A stretch of 62,013 nt of DNA from the IMG/VR virus record IMGVR_UViG_3300026863_000036, positions 1-62,013 of that record; one strand, given 5' to 3'. Numbering within the stretch: position 1 is the first letter of the stretch; each line of letters begins with the position of its first letter. The DNA is from a virus (lineage: Duplodnaviria > Caudoviricetes). The translations under genes were made by a program, and so were the position numbers. This document shows, in pieces, positions 8,536-18,210 of this stretch. The notes under the pieces were generated by a model, which saw only the letters and a list, made by a program, of their open reading frames with translations, had not been told where the DNA came from and did not search any database.

Positions 8536-8772
8536 TCACGGTCGGCTTTCCGCGATACGCTCAAGTCGAGTCACCCGGTCGGACACGGCGGCAAGTTGCG
8601 CCCCTTGGCGCACCTGCTCCACGAGTGTGGCGGTAGCCGTCTCCAGCGTGCGTTCTACCGCCCGTAATCGACCGTCGAACGTTGCCCAACCGATCGTCAT
8701 GGTGACCATCAACCCGCCGAAGGTGATGACGTGGCCGAGGTTGATGGTGAAGTCGAAGCGAGGGCCGGGCAT
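8536..8772 (-). CDS. Small lysis-cassette membrane protein
   Basis: N-terminal TM plus coiled coil, last gene of the lysis cluster. Confidence 0.6.
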   Translation of the reverse strand: MPGPRFDFTINLGHVITFGGLMVTMTIGWATFDGRLRAVERTLETATATLVEQVRQGAQLAAVSDRVTRLERIAESRP

Positions 8773-9170
8773 CACCGCTTCCCCGCAAGCTTGAGCTTCA
8801 GCAGCTTCTCGACCAGCGTTTCGCCGCGCTTGCCGAGGGCGGTGCGGCTCAGTTCCTCGACGCCGGCGGCCTCTCGGCTCGGCATCTTGTCGATCGGCAG
8901 CTGTTGCCCGTCGATCACCACCTGGGGGCGCACCGTCGCGCGGAACGACTGGATCTGGCTCCAGATCAGGGCGCCGATGGGGATCAGGCTGCCCAGCGTG
9001 ATTTCCTGCCAGCGCCCCTCGATGATGGTGACGACGGCCACCTGAAGCGGCGGCGGCAGCGCATTGTAGAAATTGATGACGGCGAGCAAGGCGGCGCCGA
9101 GCCAGCCGCCCCAATCGAGGATGCGGCGCAGGAACCAGCCGAAGGCGGCGGAGGAAAGAAAGGCAGTCAT
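8772..9170 (-). CDS. Putative holin
   Basis: Hydrophobic segments, basic C-terminus, next to the endolysin. Confidence 0.55.
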   Translation of the reverse strand: MTAFLSSAAFGWFLRRILDWGGWLGAALLAVINFYNALPPPLQVAVVTIIEGRWQEITLGSLIPIGALIWSQIQSFRATVRPQVVIDGQQLPIDKMPSREAAGVEELSRTALGKRGETLVEKLLKLKLAGKR

Positions 9171-9181
9171 TTTCGGATTCC

Positions 9182-9919
9182 TCAGAACGGGAGCGGGACG
9201 ATGAAGGCGGCGGCAACCAGACCGGCCACGACGACCAGCCCAAAGACGGACCAGCCGAGGCAGCCCCAGCCCTTGCTGGTGCGGGGCGGGGTGGCGGGCG
9301 CTGGATCGGTGGGGATGGGTTGCGGACGGGGCAGCGGGGTCGAAGCGCCTGGCGAGCGCGAAAGCTCGTTCAGCACCTCGGCCAGCACGGCTTCGGCGTT
9401 GGTGGCCTTCGTCAGCGAGGCGTTGATGCCGTCGCCTGCATAGTAGCTCTCGCCGCGCTCGACGGCGCGATGGGCACCCTGTTGCCGCGACAGCACGGGC
9501 CAGCTGGCCCATTCGCGCGCCAGGCGGTTGCCGAAGTCACGCAGCGACAGGGTGTTGCCGGCGAACTGGCCCCAACCGCGGCGCTTCAGCAGCGCGAGGC
9601 CGAAGCGGTCTTGAAGGTCAGGCGAGAACTTGGCGGATAGCGGCACGCCGAGCTCGGCGACGAGGCTGAGGAGCGTGGGGCGGATGATCTGATACCGCCC
9701 GGCCGCGCCGCTCGGCGCCTTGAGATTGCGGACCCAGCGCTTTTGCTCGGCCAGCAGTTCCTCGAGGGTCATCTCGGTGATCGGCTTCGGCAGCGCGCCG
9801 GGCTTCTCGTTGCGGTAGCCGATGATCGTTTCATAGGCCGCCTGACCCTGGCGGTTGGTTTCGAGGCCGGCGATGAAGTCGAGCAGGATCGCTGCCCCGC
9901 GGGGGACGTTGGGGTTCAT
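9182..9919 (-). CDS. Endolysin (lambda-R-like lysozyme fold)
   Basis: LLDFIAGLE, AAGRYQII..TL, FSPDLQD, LAREWASWP. Confidence 0.85.
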   Translation of the reverse strand: MNPNVPRGAAILLDFIAGLETNRQGQAAYETIIGYRNEKPGALPKPITEMTLEELLAEQKRWVRNLKAPSGAAGRYQIIRPTLLSLVAELGVPLSAKFSPDLQDRFGLALLKRRGWGQFAGNTLSLRDFGNRLAREWASWPVLSRQQGAHRAVERGESYYAGDGINASLTKATNAEAVLAEVLNELSRSPGASTPLPRPQPIPTDPAPATPPRTSKGWGCLGWSVFGLVVVAGLVAAAFIVPLPF

Positions 9920-10005
9920 GTCAGGTCTCCGATTGTGGATGGTCAGTCGGCGCGTTCGGTGCGCTATATGGATCGCCGCCAGTTGCCGGGCGGCGAGGGC
10001 TTCAC

Positions 10006-10119
10006 ATGCTCAGGGGACGCTACGGCCTCGGTTGGATGATCGCGGCATGGCTCGGGTTAAGCTTGATGCTGATGGCCTGCGTGTGGGCCGCGATGTGGAT
10101 CAGCGACATCATCACTTAG
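10006..10119 (+). CDS. 37-aa hydrophobic peptide (below the ORF-track cutoff)
   Basis: MLRGRYGLGWMIAAWLGLSLMLMACVWAAMWISDIIT, GAGGG RBS. Confidence 0.45.
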   Translation: MLRGRYGLGWMIAAWLGLSLMLMACVWAAMWISDIIT

Positions 10120-10376
10120 GATTGACGCAGCAGGCGCTTGATCCAGTTGTAGACGGGGCGGAACAGGATCATGAGAGCGACGCAAAGCGCGGCCATCGCC
10201 CACGCCCATGGCGGCAATGCCGATTGCAGGCAGTCGAGCAGGATGCCGTCGGTCCCGCCCGCGTCATGAACGGAGCAGCAGGCGGAGATCTTCGGGAATA
10301 GCCATTCGAGCGGCCAGAAGCCGGTGCAGCCATCACTGGGCATGTCGAAAGTCTCCGGTCTTCGGGGGGATGGCAT
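10116..10376 (-). CDS. Small protein with a phospholipase-A2-like motif
   Basis: DGCT...CCSVHD, C-terminal TM. Confidence 0.5.
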   Translation of the reverse strand: MPSPRRPETFDMPSDGCTGFWPLEWLFPKISACCSVHDAGGTDGILLDCLQSALPPWAWAMAALCVALMILFRPVYNWIKRLLRQS

Positions 10377-10463
10377 GTGCGCGCGAATTTCCCGCGCGAA
10401 GACAGCAGGTTGCAGCTGGCTACAATGGAGACAAGAAGAGAACTATGTGCGACAGGTTAGGCA

Positions 10464-10730
10464 TTGCGGAGATGCCATATGCGAAAGATCGGTTTTGACC
10501 TTCCACTCAACACCTACTTTGTCACAACGACCAAGTTTGCCGCGTTCATACTCACATGCCTGGCTCTGCTCCCGATCGCAGTAATCGGGGCGGCGACAGC
10601 GCTCTTTGGTGTTGCCGGCACCTACTGTAGCTTGGCCTTCGCGGTCATTTACCTAGTCGGCCTCGGCTGGTTTGCGGGTGAAGTGGTCGACAATGAGTAT
10701 GAAGAGCCGCAGGGCGAGCTTTGGCGCTGA
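10464..10730 (+). CDS. Two-TM membrane moron
   Basis: Antisense to the late genes, lower GC; start uncertain. Confidence 0.55.
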   Translation: MRRCHMRKIGFDLPLNTYFVTTTKFAAFILTCLALLPIAVIGAATALFGVAGTYCSLAFAVIYLVGLGWFAGEVVDNEYEEPQGELWR

Positions 10731-10740
10731 CGGCATTTTT

Positions 10741-11421
10741 TCAGTGAAGTGAGGCAGAAACGGCCCGGCTGTCAGTTCCAGCTCCGGTTCGCGTGACAGT
10801 TATAGGTGCCGGCGACCCCGCCGAACCTCCGCCCGCGACAGTAAAATATTCCGTGCTTCGGATGTCCGAATCGACGGTTTCGGTCAATCCCGACCATGCG
10901 CCGCCGGATGTTGCGGACGTATCGCGAACTTGAACTGCCCCGATAGCGGCACCACCAGCAACGATATTCACATCCAGGCTGAGCGGCGAACCGGTCGATG
11001 TGCTTGTCGTGATTGCGTCAGGTACATTCGGCGTTGCCGGATTGAGTGCGGGATAAGTAGCTACGCCGCAGCACAATGTGTTTGCGCTGGTGGTGACCTG
11101 CACATTGGCAGTTGTGCCGATAGGGACTTCTGCGACCCATATTTGAGCCTGAACAAATGAACTTGCATTCAGGCCGGCGAACAGCGACGCGGCATTTCCG
11201 CCGATCGTTACCGCCGATACCGTAAAGGTGCCTGACGAAGCCAATCCGATCGCGGCATAGACATAACGCTTGTTTGCACCGACAGGCGCGGGTCCGATGG
11301 CTAGCGACGAAACGGTGAAGCTGGTGCCGCTGCCCGGATTGACGGACCCAAAGCTGCCGTAGCTCAAAGAGAACGGCGCTCGAGCCCCGCCGAGCAGCGG
11401 CTGGAAGGAGACCCCGACCAT
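10741..11421 (-). CDS. Tail-fibre-associated / receptor-binding protein
   Basis: Ser/Thr/Gly/Ala beta-rich, translationally coupled to the fibre gene. Confidence 0.6.
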   Translation of the reverse strand: MVGVSFQPLLGGARAPFSLSYGSFGSVNPGSGTSFTVSSLAIGPAPVGANKRYVYAAIGLASSGTFTVSAVTIGGNAASLFAGLNASSFVQAQIWVAEVPIGTTANVQVTTSANTLCCGVATYPALNPATPNVPDAITTSTSTGSPLSLDVNIVAGGAAIGAVQVRDTSATSGGAWSGLTETVDSDIRSTEYFTVAGGGSAGSPAPITVTRTGAGTDSRAVSASLH

Positions 11422-12758
11422 CAGCTGAGCCCCGATCCAGAAATATACCACCTGGTCGTTGTGACCTTGATGGCCGTCGCCATGCCGTTGGCGGCCAGCG
11501 TGCGCGTACCCGTCGCACCCGTCCCGGCGAAAACCAGAGTGTCGGTGTTGATCGCAATCGATAGCGTATTGATTTCGTTTATGAACGTGATTGCCGTTCC
11601 AACCGGATAGGCAACTGACGAATTGGCGGCGATGGTGAAGGTTCGGGCGTTATTGTCGCTCGACGGGTGGTAAAGGTGCTTTTGGGCGTCCGCGAGCACG
11701 GTCGTGTAGGCGGCGCTCTGGGAGTTCTGCGGGATGTTCGAATAGAGCGGCACACCCTCGACGGCGATCACGCCGGCCGCCGCGCGGCTGAGAGTGGTAT
11801 CGGTTGCGTGACCCAACTCGATGCCGGCGAACTGGGGGCTGCTGCCAGTCGTCAGCCCCGAAATATCGCCCTGCACCAGCGCCAGCAGTGCCTTCAGCTG
11901 CGCCATGGTCACGTCTTCGGGATCGCCAGTGCCGGCAGTGTTGCGCCCCTTCACCGTCGCGTTCGGCATGTTGGCAAGCTTGGCGTTCGTGACATAGTCG
12001 TCGGGGACGGTGCCGAAGCGGCCATCATCCCCCGCCGCGACAGTCCCGGCGCCTGTACCCACGTTCCGTGAGGCGGAGTTGCCGAGCAAAGCACCGCTGT
12101 CCTTGATCAGATGGCCGGTGGTGCCGTCGAACACGGCGACACGGTTGTCGACGGCGCCAGCGGGTCCGGTCACGTTGCCCGGCATGCCCTGTGGGATCCC
12201 GAAATTCAGCACCGCGGCGCCGGAGGTGCCGACGTTCACGACTGTGGCCGGGGCCCCCGGTGCCAGCGTGGTGACAGTGCCAACCGCCACCGTGGCGGCC
12301 GGCCCCTGCGGAATCGAAAAGTTGAAGACGGCATCGTTCGGCGTGCCGACATTGGCGACGCTCGCCGGGACGCCCGCGTTGACGGTGGTCGTCGTGCCGA
12401 CGGCGATCGTGGCGGCTATGCCCTGGATGCCTTGGACGCCCTCAGGAATGCCGAAGTTCAGCACCATGTCTTTCGCGGTGCCGACGTTCACGACCGTTGC
12501 CGGTGAGCCAGGGGGCAAAGTCGTCACGGTGCCGACCGTTACCGTCGTATCGAGGTCGTCGATGGCGATTAGGTCTTGCCACGGTTGCCCGAGGTATCGC
12601 CACTGCACCATCGTGCCGGTGTTCTGCAGCTCAATCTGCATTGGCAGCAGCGACGGCACGACGCGCAGCCGCACTTTTGGCGGCGGGACGGCCTTGGCGC
12701 GCACCGCGAATTCGGGCTGCGCCTTGATCCTGAGCCGTGGGGTGATGGTGTCGCTCAT
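11421..12758 (-). CDS. Tail fibre protein with three internal repeats
   Basis: Three VGT.TT...A.V.NVGT...V.NF.IP.G units with GXY triplets. Confidence 0.75.
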   Translation of the reverse strand: MSDTITPRLRIKAQPEFAVRAKAVPPPKVRLRVVPSLLPMQIELQNTGTMVQWRYLGQPWQDLIAIDDLDTTVTVGTVTTLPPGSPATVVNVGTAKDMVLNFGIPEGVQGIQGIAATIAVGTTTTVNAGVPASVANVGTPNDAVFNFSIPQGPAATVAVGTVTTLAPGAPATVVNVGTSGAAVLNFGIPQGMPGNVTGPAGAVDNRVAVFDGTTGHLIKDSGALLGNSASRNVGTGAGTVAAGDDGRFGTVPDDYVTNAKLANMPNATVKGRNTAGTGDPEDVTMAQLKALLALVQGDISGLTTGSSPQFAGIELGHATDTTLSRAAAGVIAVEGVPLYSNIPQNSQSAAYTTVLADAQKHLYHPSSDNNARTFTIAANSSVAYPVGTAITFINEINTLSIAINTDTLVFAGTGATGTRTLAANGMATAIKVTTTRWYISGSGLS

Positions 12759-13093
12759 CTGCCGAACCCGCCCCCGACGAAGGCCAGCGTGCCGGTGAAG
12801 AGCTGTGTCGTGCCGGTGCCATTGGTCATCCGGCAGCCCACCCGATACGTGTTGCGGATATCGAGCGCCGCCAGTTGCGGCACGCTGAAGCGCCACTGGA
12901 TGGTGCCCGGCTCGGGGATCTCGATGCTGTTGTCGGCGGTGGTGGCGAACAGCCGGCGGGCGCTGCTCTCGCTCACCTCGAGCTCGAACAGCACGCCCGC
13001 CGTGGCGAGTGGCAGGTTGGTGGCGTCGTCGATCAAATCCACCCGCTGCGCCCAGTCGGCATCATCGGTCGCGAAGAACTGCAGCTCGTACAT
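12755..13093 (-). CDS. Phage tail-associated protein
   Basis: GAGG RBS, position in the tail cluster. Confidence 0.6.
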   Translation of the reverse strand: MYELQFFATDDADWAQRVDLIDDATNLPLATAGVLFELEVSESSARRLFATTADNSIEIPEPGTIQWRFSVPQLAALDIRNTYRVGCRMTNGTGTTQLFTGTLAFVGGGFGR

Positions 13094-13100
13094 GGCGACC

Positions 13101-14111
13101 TCAGAGCTTGATGATGACGAGTTCGAAGATCGTCGGCTGGATGTTGTTGTGCGCCGTATCCGAGCCTAGGGCATCGGTGGTGATCGTATGGGTGTGAGCT
13201 CCCGCCATGCCGATCTGGTCGCCGGCATCACCGTCCGGCGTGACGTTGTCATGAGCGGTGAAGACCGAGTTGCCGAAGGCGCGGAGCATGATGCCGCCGA
13301 AGCCGTCCGCGTCGCCGTTGTCGGTGCTCACATAGGTCGGATGGCCGTGGCTGCCGGCACTCGCGGCCGTGCCGCCCAGTGTCACACTCGGCAGGTTCGC
13401 CTTCAGAAGTGCGACGTCATCCAGCCCGGCAGTCGCCCCGAGAACCGAGGACGATTCTCCGGCATCGACAAAGGCGTTGTCGATGAGGCCGGCGTCGGCG
13501 TTGCCCATCGTCGCGAGGCCCGCGGCTGTACGGTCGCGATAGTCGGGCAGCGCAATGGTTTTGTTCGCCGCCCAGTCGCCGGCCGCCGATGCGCCGCGGC
13601 CGCCCGAAACCGTCAGCGTGGCGTCGGCGGTCCACAGGTGAAGGAATAGCGCCTGGCAGTCGGTGTTTGCGCGCTCGGTGGCACCAGAAGCAGCGGAGCC
13701 GAGAGTGCGGCCGGCCGCGCGGACCCAGCCGGCCGGCGCCGCGGTGCCAAAATAGCCGATGCGCATACCGGTGGTGACGAGCAAGGTCGGATCGGTAGTG
13801 CCCGGATCCGGCGGCACGTAGCTCGCGGCTTGCGGCACGTCGATATCGTCGTCGTCGAAAACCAACGTGTCGTTGGCCTCCGTGAGCTTCTGGCGGTAGA
13901 GGCCCGGCGTCGGGTTGAGGTAGATCGCCGGAAACATGCCGCGAGCATCGGCAAGGATGGGCTGATCCCGCGCCACGCTGAGGGCGCCATCTGCATAGAC
14001 GGCCTGGGGAGTTGAGGTGCCCGCGTTGTAGAAGCGAAGCTTCGCCCCCACCATTGGGGTGCCATCCGCGTCGATGTAGGGGATGCGCGACCCCGGCCAC
14101 GTCGTTGCCAT
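13101..14111 (-). CDS. Tail protein with a tail-collar-like domain
   Basis: GAKLRFYNAGTSTP head; APAGWV...ALPDYRDR...AHNNIQPT. Confidence 0.75.
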   Translation of the reverse strand: MATTWPGSRIPYIDADGTPMVGAKLRFYNAGTSTPQAVYADGALSVARDQPILADARGMFPAIYLNPTPGLYRQKLTEANDTLVFDDDDIDVPQAASYVPPDPGTTDPTLLVTTGMRIGYFGTAAPAGWVRAAGRTLGSAASGATERANTDCQALFLHLWTADATLTVSGGRGASAAGDWAANKTIALPDYRDRTAAGLATMGNADAGLIDNAFVDAGESSSVLGATAGLDDVALLKANLPSVTLGGTAASAGSHGHPTYVSTDNGDADGFGGIMLRAFGNSVFTAHDNVTPDGDAGDQIGMAGAHTHTITTDALGSDTAHNNIQPTIFELVIIKL

Positions 14112-14187
14112 GGTTGGTTCTCCAAGATGATTGGGTGTTTGCGCCAGGCCATTGCCGCCCGAGCGGGCGGGGCCTATCTTTCGCGCT

Positions 14188-14400
14188 ATGCCTGATCTGG
14201 AACTGAAGCCCACCGAGGTCCGCAAGAGCGAGAAGCTGCCGCCTGTCTTGCTGGTGCTGGGGCCGCTCTGCTGCGCGGTGCTGCTCTACGCTGGCTGGGT
14301 CGCTGCGGGCTACAACTGGAAGCCCGTCGCGCTCTGCGCCTTCGCGGGGACATTCTTCGGCTACCTGGTCGGCACACGCTTCCGCATCACCTTGAAATAA
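14188..14400 (+). CDS. Small two-TM protein, candidate superinfection exclusion
   Basis: Antisense, directly after the ejection-protein genes. Confidence 0.5.
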   Translation: MPDLELKPTEVRKSEKLPPVLLVLGPLCCAVLLYAGWVAAGYNWKPVALCAFAGTFFGYLVGTRFRITLK

Positions 14401-16564
14401 CCGGCGGAAGATACGGGGCTCCGGACTGCGACAGTCCGGGAAGCAATATCCCTTGCGGGCGCGGCCGGCTGTTGCGGTAGGCCAGTGACGACAACATGTC
14501 GATTGCCTCGTCGCCCTGCAGCGTAAGGGTGTTGGCCAGTTCTGCCAGCACATCATCCGCTATCGCACGCTGGCCGGCCGGCGTCCTGCCGGTAAGGTTC
14601 TGCACCGTGCGCTTGCCCGCCTGCAGCGGCTCGCCTCGCAGGACCGCGCCGAACGCTCCGCCATCAGTCGCTTCCTTGACCGCCTCATCCGTCGCCGTGC
14701 GACCATAGGTCCGCGAGTTGGTCGCCACATTGGCGCGAAGCTCGAGCGCCTTCTGAGCCTTCGCCAGTTCAGCGAATAGGCGATTGCTGGCGGCCGGATC
14801 GTCCATGATCAGCCTGATCTTGTCGCGCGCCGCGCGGCTGCTCAGGTCGCGAACGGCTTTGATGGCCTCGCGGGCATCGATGTTCGGGTTGCTGACGATA
14901 TCCGTGACGTTCGCCAGCACCTCGTCAATGCGCGAACGCACGCCCTGGCGAACCATCGATATCTGGGGCTGGGTAAAACCCTCGATTACCTCACGCGCCT
15001 CGTCGCGGGCCATGCCCGGGGAAAGCAGCCCCTGGCCGAACCGCAGCGCCTCGCGCTCCTGGATTGGGTGTGCAGCAGTTCGCAGCGCATTATCATAGGC
15101 CGGCACTGCGGTTCGGGTGGCATCGCGAATGTCGCGAGCGAGGTTGCCGAACGCCCGGCCCATGTCGGTCATCCCGCCCATCGCGCCGGTTCCTTCGGTG
15201 CTCTTGGCCGCGGTGTTCAGCGCGCGGGTGATGTAATCGAGTTGGGTCACATCCGGCTGGCGCAGATAGGTGATCGTGCCGTCGTCGGCGATCTTGGCGA
15301 GGATCTGCTTGGACTGGTGACCCTCGACCTGCATCAGCTTATTGGCGAGGTCGATTACGCCCTTGGGCACGCGTGGCAACATAGCTTCGATCTGCATGCC
15401 GGTGGGCGACGAATAGTCGATGGGGCTGCTATAGGCCCGTTTATACGCAGCATCGCGCGCGCTGGCGGTGCCTGTGCGCAAGCCGGTTTCCGTCGATTTC
15501 ACGCCCTGCGCCGGCCCGAGGCTGTCATCGAGCGCTTTGTTGATGGTGGTGTTGGCGTTCGCCGCTCGCGACTCGATGGCCGCCTTGGCGGCCGAGGAGG
15601 CGGGGCCACCGCGAGCGACGGCGGTATCCAGAACGCCGGTCCACGACGGTGAGGCGTCGACCAGCATCGCTGGCGAACCGTCGCCGAACTGCAGCGCCCG
15701 GACGCCATCTGGTCCGAAGGCATCGCCGCCGGTACGCATGATCGTGTCACGGGCGGCTCGCGAAAGATTATCCGCCGGCTCCGCAGACTTCGGCAAGAAC
15801 CGGCGACCAAGCGCGGTCAGGGAGTCGTCGAGCCACGGTGCAACCGCACCACCCGCTGCGCCGAGGCCGAGGCCCCAGAGGCCGGCGTTCAGGGCCTGTT
15901 CGGGGGGCGATCCATCGGTAAGGGCGTCGGTGAACGCGATGGCCCCGTTCACCCCACCACCCCATCCCAAGCGCGCCAACGTCGGCCCGGCCAGCCCAAA
16001 CGCAACCTGGCCGGCCTTCGTCGCTGCCAACGGTGCCAGCGGCAGCACATTGCCAAGCACTGCGCCAGGTACTGAAGCCTCGGGAAACTTCGCCTGTTCT
16101 GCCTCGGTGATCTGCTCGCGCTGTTCCTTGGTGACCGGATTGCCCTCAACGGCAGAGGCAAAGGCCGCGTCAACGTTGTGCCCTAGCTCGTTCAGAGTGC
16201 TGCCGATGAAAGGCACGTTCTCCGCGAAGGTGGTGCCGAGCGCGTTCACGCGATCGACCACGGGCGCGACGACGCTATTCACCTCGGGCGACAACCCAGG
16301 GATCTGCGATGGCGTGTACGGCACCGGCGGGGGCGGCGTGTCGGCCCGCATGGGGTCGGCCGGGATGATCTGCCCACCGGTCGGCACCTTGCCGGCAGCA
16401 ACGGCGTCCTGCGCGGCGCCGGCATCCGGGCTCTCCACAATGAACTGCCGGCCATTCTGCTCGATGACAGTCGCGCCCGACCCGGGCGTCATTACGCCGG
16501 CCTTGCGCTTCCGCGCCTCGGCGAGAGCGAGCGCCCGCTGCTGATCGATGGTCAGTTCGGCCAT
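14387..16564 (-). CDS. Large DNA ejection / internal virion protein
   Basis: 725 aa, Ala/Gly-rich, third gene of the ejection cluster. Confidence 0.65.
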   Translation of the reverse strand: MAELTIDQQRALALAEARKRKAGVMTPGSGATVIEQNGRQFIVESPDAGAAQDAVAAGKVPTGGQIIPADPMRADTPPPPVPYTPSQIPGLSPEVNSVVAPVVDRVNALGTTFAENVPFIGSTLNELGHNVDAAFASAVEGNPVTKEQREQITEAEQAKFPEASVPGAVLGNVLPLAPLAATKAGQVAFGLAGPTLARLGWGGGVNGAIAFTDALTDGSPPEQALNAGLWGLGLGAAGGAVAPWLDDSLTALGRRFLPKSAEPADNLSRAARDTIMRTGGDAFGPDGVRALQFGDGSPAMLVDASPSWTGVLDTAVARGGPASSAAKAAIESRAANANTTINKALDDSLGPAQGVKSTETGLRTGTASARDAAYKRAYSSPIDYSSPTGMQIEAMLPRVPKGVIDLANKLMQVEGHQSKQILAKIADDGTITYLRQPDVTQLDYITRALNTAAKSTEGTGAMGGMTDMGRAFGNLARDIRDATRTAVPAYDNALRTAAHPIQEREALRFGQGLLSPGMARDEAREVIEGFTQPQISMVRQGVRSRIDEVLANVTDIVSNPNIDAREAIKAVRDLSSRAARDKIRLIMDDPAASNRLFAELAKAQKALELRANVATNSRTYGRTATDEAVKEATDGGAFGAVLRGEPLQAGKRTVQNLTGRTPAGQRAIADDVLAELANTLTLQGDEAIDMLSSLAYRNSRPRPQGILLPGLSQSGAPYLPPVISR

Positions 16565-18198
16565 AGTGCACGCTCCTCAGGGCTCAGGAACTCCCACAGC
16601 TCCGGGTCTCCGGTGTAGCCAGCGGGCGGGGCCCCGCCGTCCTTCTCTGCGTCGAGAATTGGCGTCGGGCTTTCGACACCCAAGGCGATGCGGTTTGCTT
16701 CCGCAATGGCCTCAGCGGTGCCAAGTCCCGACCGGATGCCCAGCAGCGCGACCTCGCGCGCTCGGCGCTTGACCTTGATCGTTTCAGGATCATCCCCGGG
16801 AATTGGGAGGAACATCGGGCCGTAGATGTCGAATTCCTGCGTAGTGATCGCCGCGCCGGTGTCCTTGCGCAGGATAGCGGTGAGGAAGGTATCCGCTGCC
16901 ACCTTGGCCTGCCGAAACTCAGGCGTCCGCATGTAGTTGCCGAGGCCCAACGGGTTGAATTTGGTGGAGAGGTCGGCCGGCAAACTGGTGAGCTGCTCGT
17001 CCATGGTCAGGAGCTGCTTGTTGGCGTCGATGCCGCGCGTGTAGTAGTTGATGTCCTTGCTCTGGCCCTCGGTGATCTTGATGCCCTGGCCGCCGGGGCC
17101 GCCCTGCTGAAACTCGACTTCGCCCGTTTCGGGGTTCACCCGCAGCGACGTTCCGCCGTTGATGGCGGTTTCCTTGGCCACCGCGGCGTCGAACTCCGGC
17201 TGGCTGATGCGCCCCGCCTTCAGGTCGGCACGGAGCTTCGCCAGGTTGGTGAGCGGCTTCGACTCGTCGCTGAAGTCGGCAACGACGCGACCGGTCTGCG
17301 GGTCCACCAAGCGGTTGTTGATTTCGATCGGTTTGGCGGCGCGGCCGGCTTGAGCGCTCTTTGCCAACTCGATCGCCAGCGGACGAGTTTCAGGGTTCTT
17401 GAACAGCCGGAGCATGACGTCTCGCGAAGGCAGGCCGCCGGCTGCTGGGGCCGATGAAACGACGTTCGCAGTCGGCGCAGCATACCCGCCGGCCGAGTTG
17501 CCGCCCTTCGACGCCGCCCATTCCCGGAACTGGCCGACAGTCATGTTGCCGAGCTGCGGATTGGCGGTGATCACCTCGGGGCTGACATACGCGGACACCG
17601 GGCTGTTCGGATCGCCCTGCAGCACCTTCGAAGCGCCCCCAGCGCCAAGGAAATGGGCTGCATAGAGCGAGCCCGGATCGATGCCGATGCCGGCCGACTT
17701 CAGCGTACGGGCATTGTCAGCGGTGAACACTCGCATCGCTCTTTCCTGCTGCGCCGGATCACTGCGCCCGTCAGGGGTCAGGCCGAGTTCGGGATGCGAC
17801 GCCATCAGCCCGTTCCATGTCGGCTCGAGGAACTGATACAGCCCCTCAGCCGACGAGTTCGGATTTTTGGCGTTGGGATTGCCGCCGCTCTCAGAATTGC
17901 GCGTGGCCGAGAAGAAGTCGGTAGCGACGTCGCCAACCACCGGAGGCGCACCGCTCGCGCCGCCGCCGCGCCGGGCTGTCTCAAGGGCAACAAGGTCGAG
18001 GCTCGCCGGGGGTGCGCCCCCACTGGCAGCGCCACCACCATAGAGGCTGTCGACATAAGCGGCGAAGGCGTCGGGAGCCTCGCGCTCGTACCGATCGGCC
18101 TTGCCCTGTTCGACGCCCTTGTTCCACTGGCCGTAGACGTCGAGCAGCGTCAGGTCGGTGGGCTGGGGGACGCTGTAGCCGGGATAGTTGAGTGCCAT
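16552..18198 (-). CDS. Ejection protein with a lytic transglycosylase domain
   Basis: ESGGNPNAKNPNSSAEGLYQF...YAAHFLG. Confidence 0.8.
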   Translation of the reverse strand: MALNYPGYSVPQPTDLTLLDVYGQWNKGVEQGKADRYEREAPDAFAAYVDSLYGGGAASGGAPPASLDLVALETARRGGGASGAPPVVGDVATDFFSATRNSESGGNPNAKNPNSSAEGLYQFLEPTWNGLMASHPELGLTPDGRSDPAQQERAMRVFTADNARTLKSAGIGIDPGSLYAAHFLGAGGASKVLQGDPNSPVSAYVSPEVITANPQLGNMTVGQFREWAASKGGNSAGGYAAPTANVVSSAPAAGGLPSRDVMLRLFKNPETRPLAIELAKSAQAGRAAKPIEINNRLVDPQTGRVVADFSDESKPLTNLAKLRADLKAGRISQPEFDAAVAKETAINGGTSLRVNPETGEVEFQQGGPGGQGIKITEGQSKDINYYTRGIDANKQLLTMDEQLTSLPADLSTKFNPLGLGNYMRTPEFRQAKVAADTFLTAILRKDTGAAITTQEFDIYGPMFLPIPGDDPETIKVKRRAREVALLGIRSGLGTAEAIAEANRIALGVESPTPILDAEKDGGAPPAGYTGDPELWEFLSPEERALWPN

Positions 18199-18210
18199 GA
18201 TGCGCCGCTC

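Noticed and set aside
15468-16544. Long antisense ORFs (also 24644..26092, 26698..27774, 39943..41376, 58262..59050)
   Set aside because: Shadow frames of well-supported genes in GC-rich DNA, with no motifs
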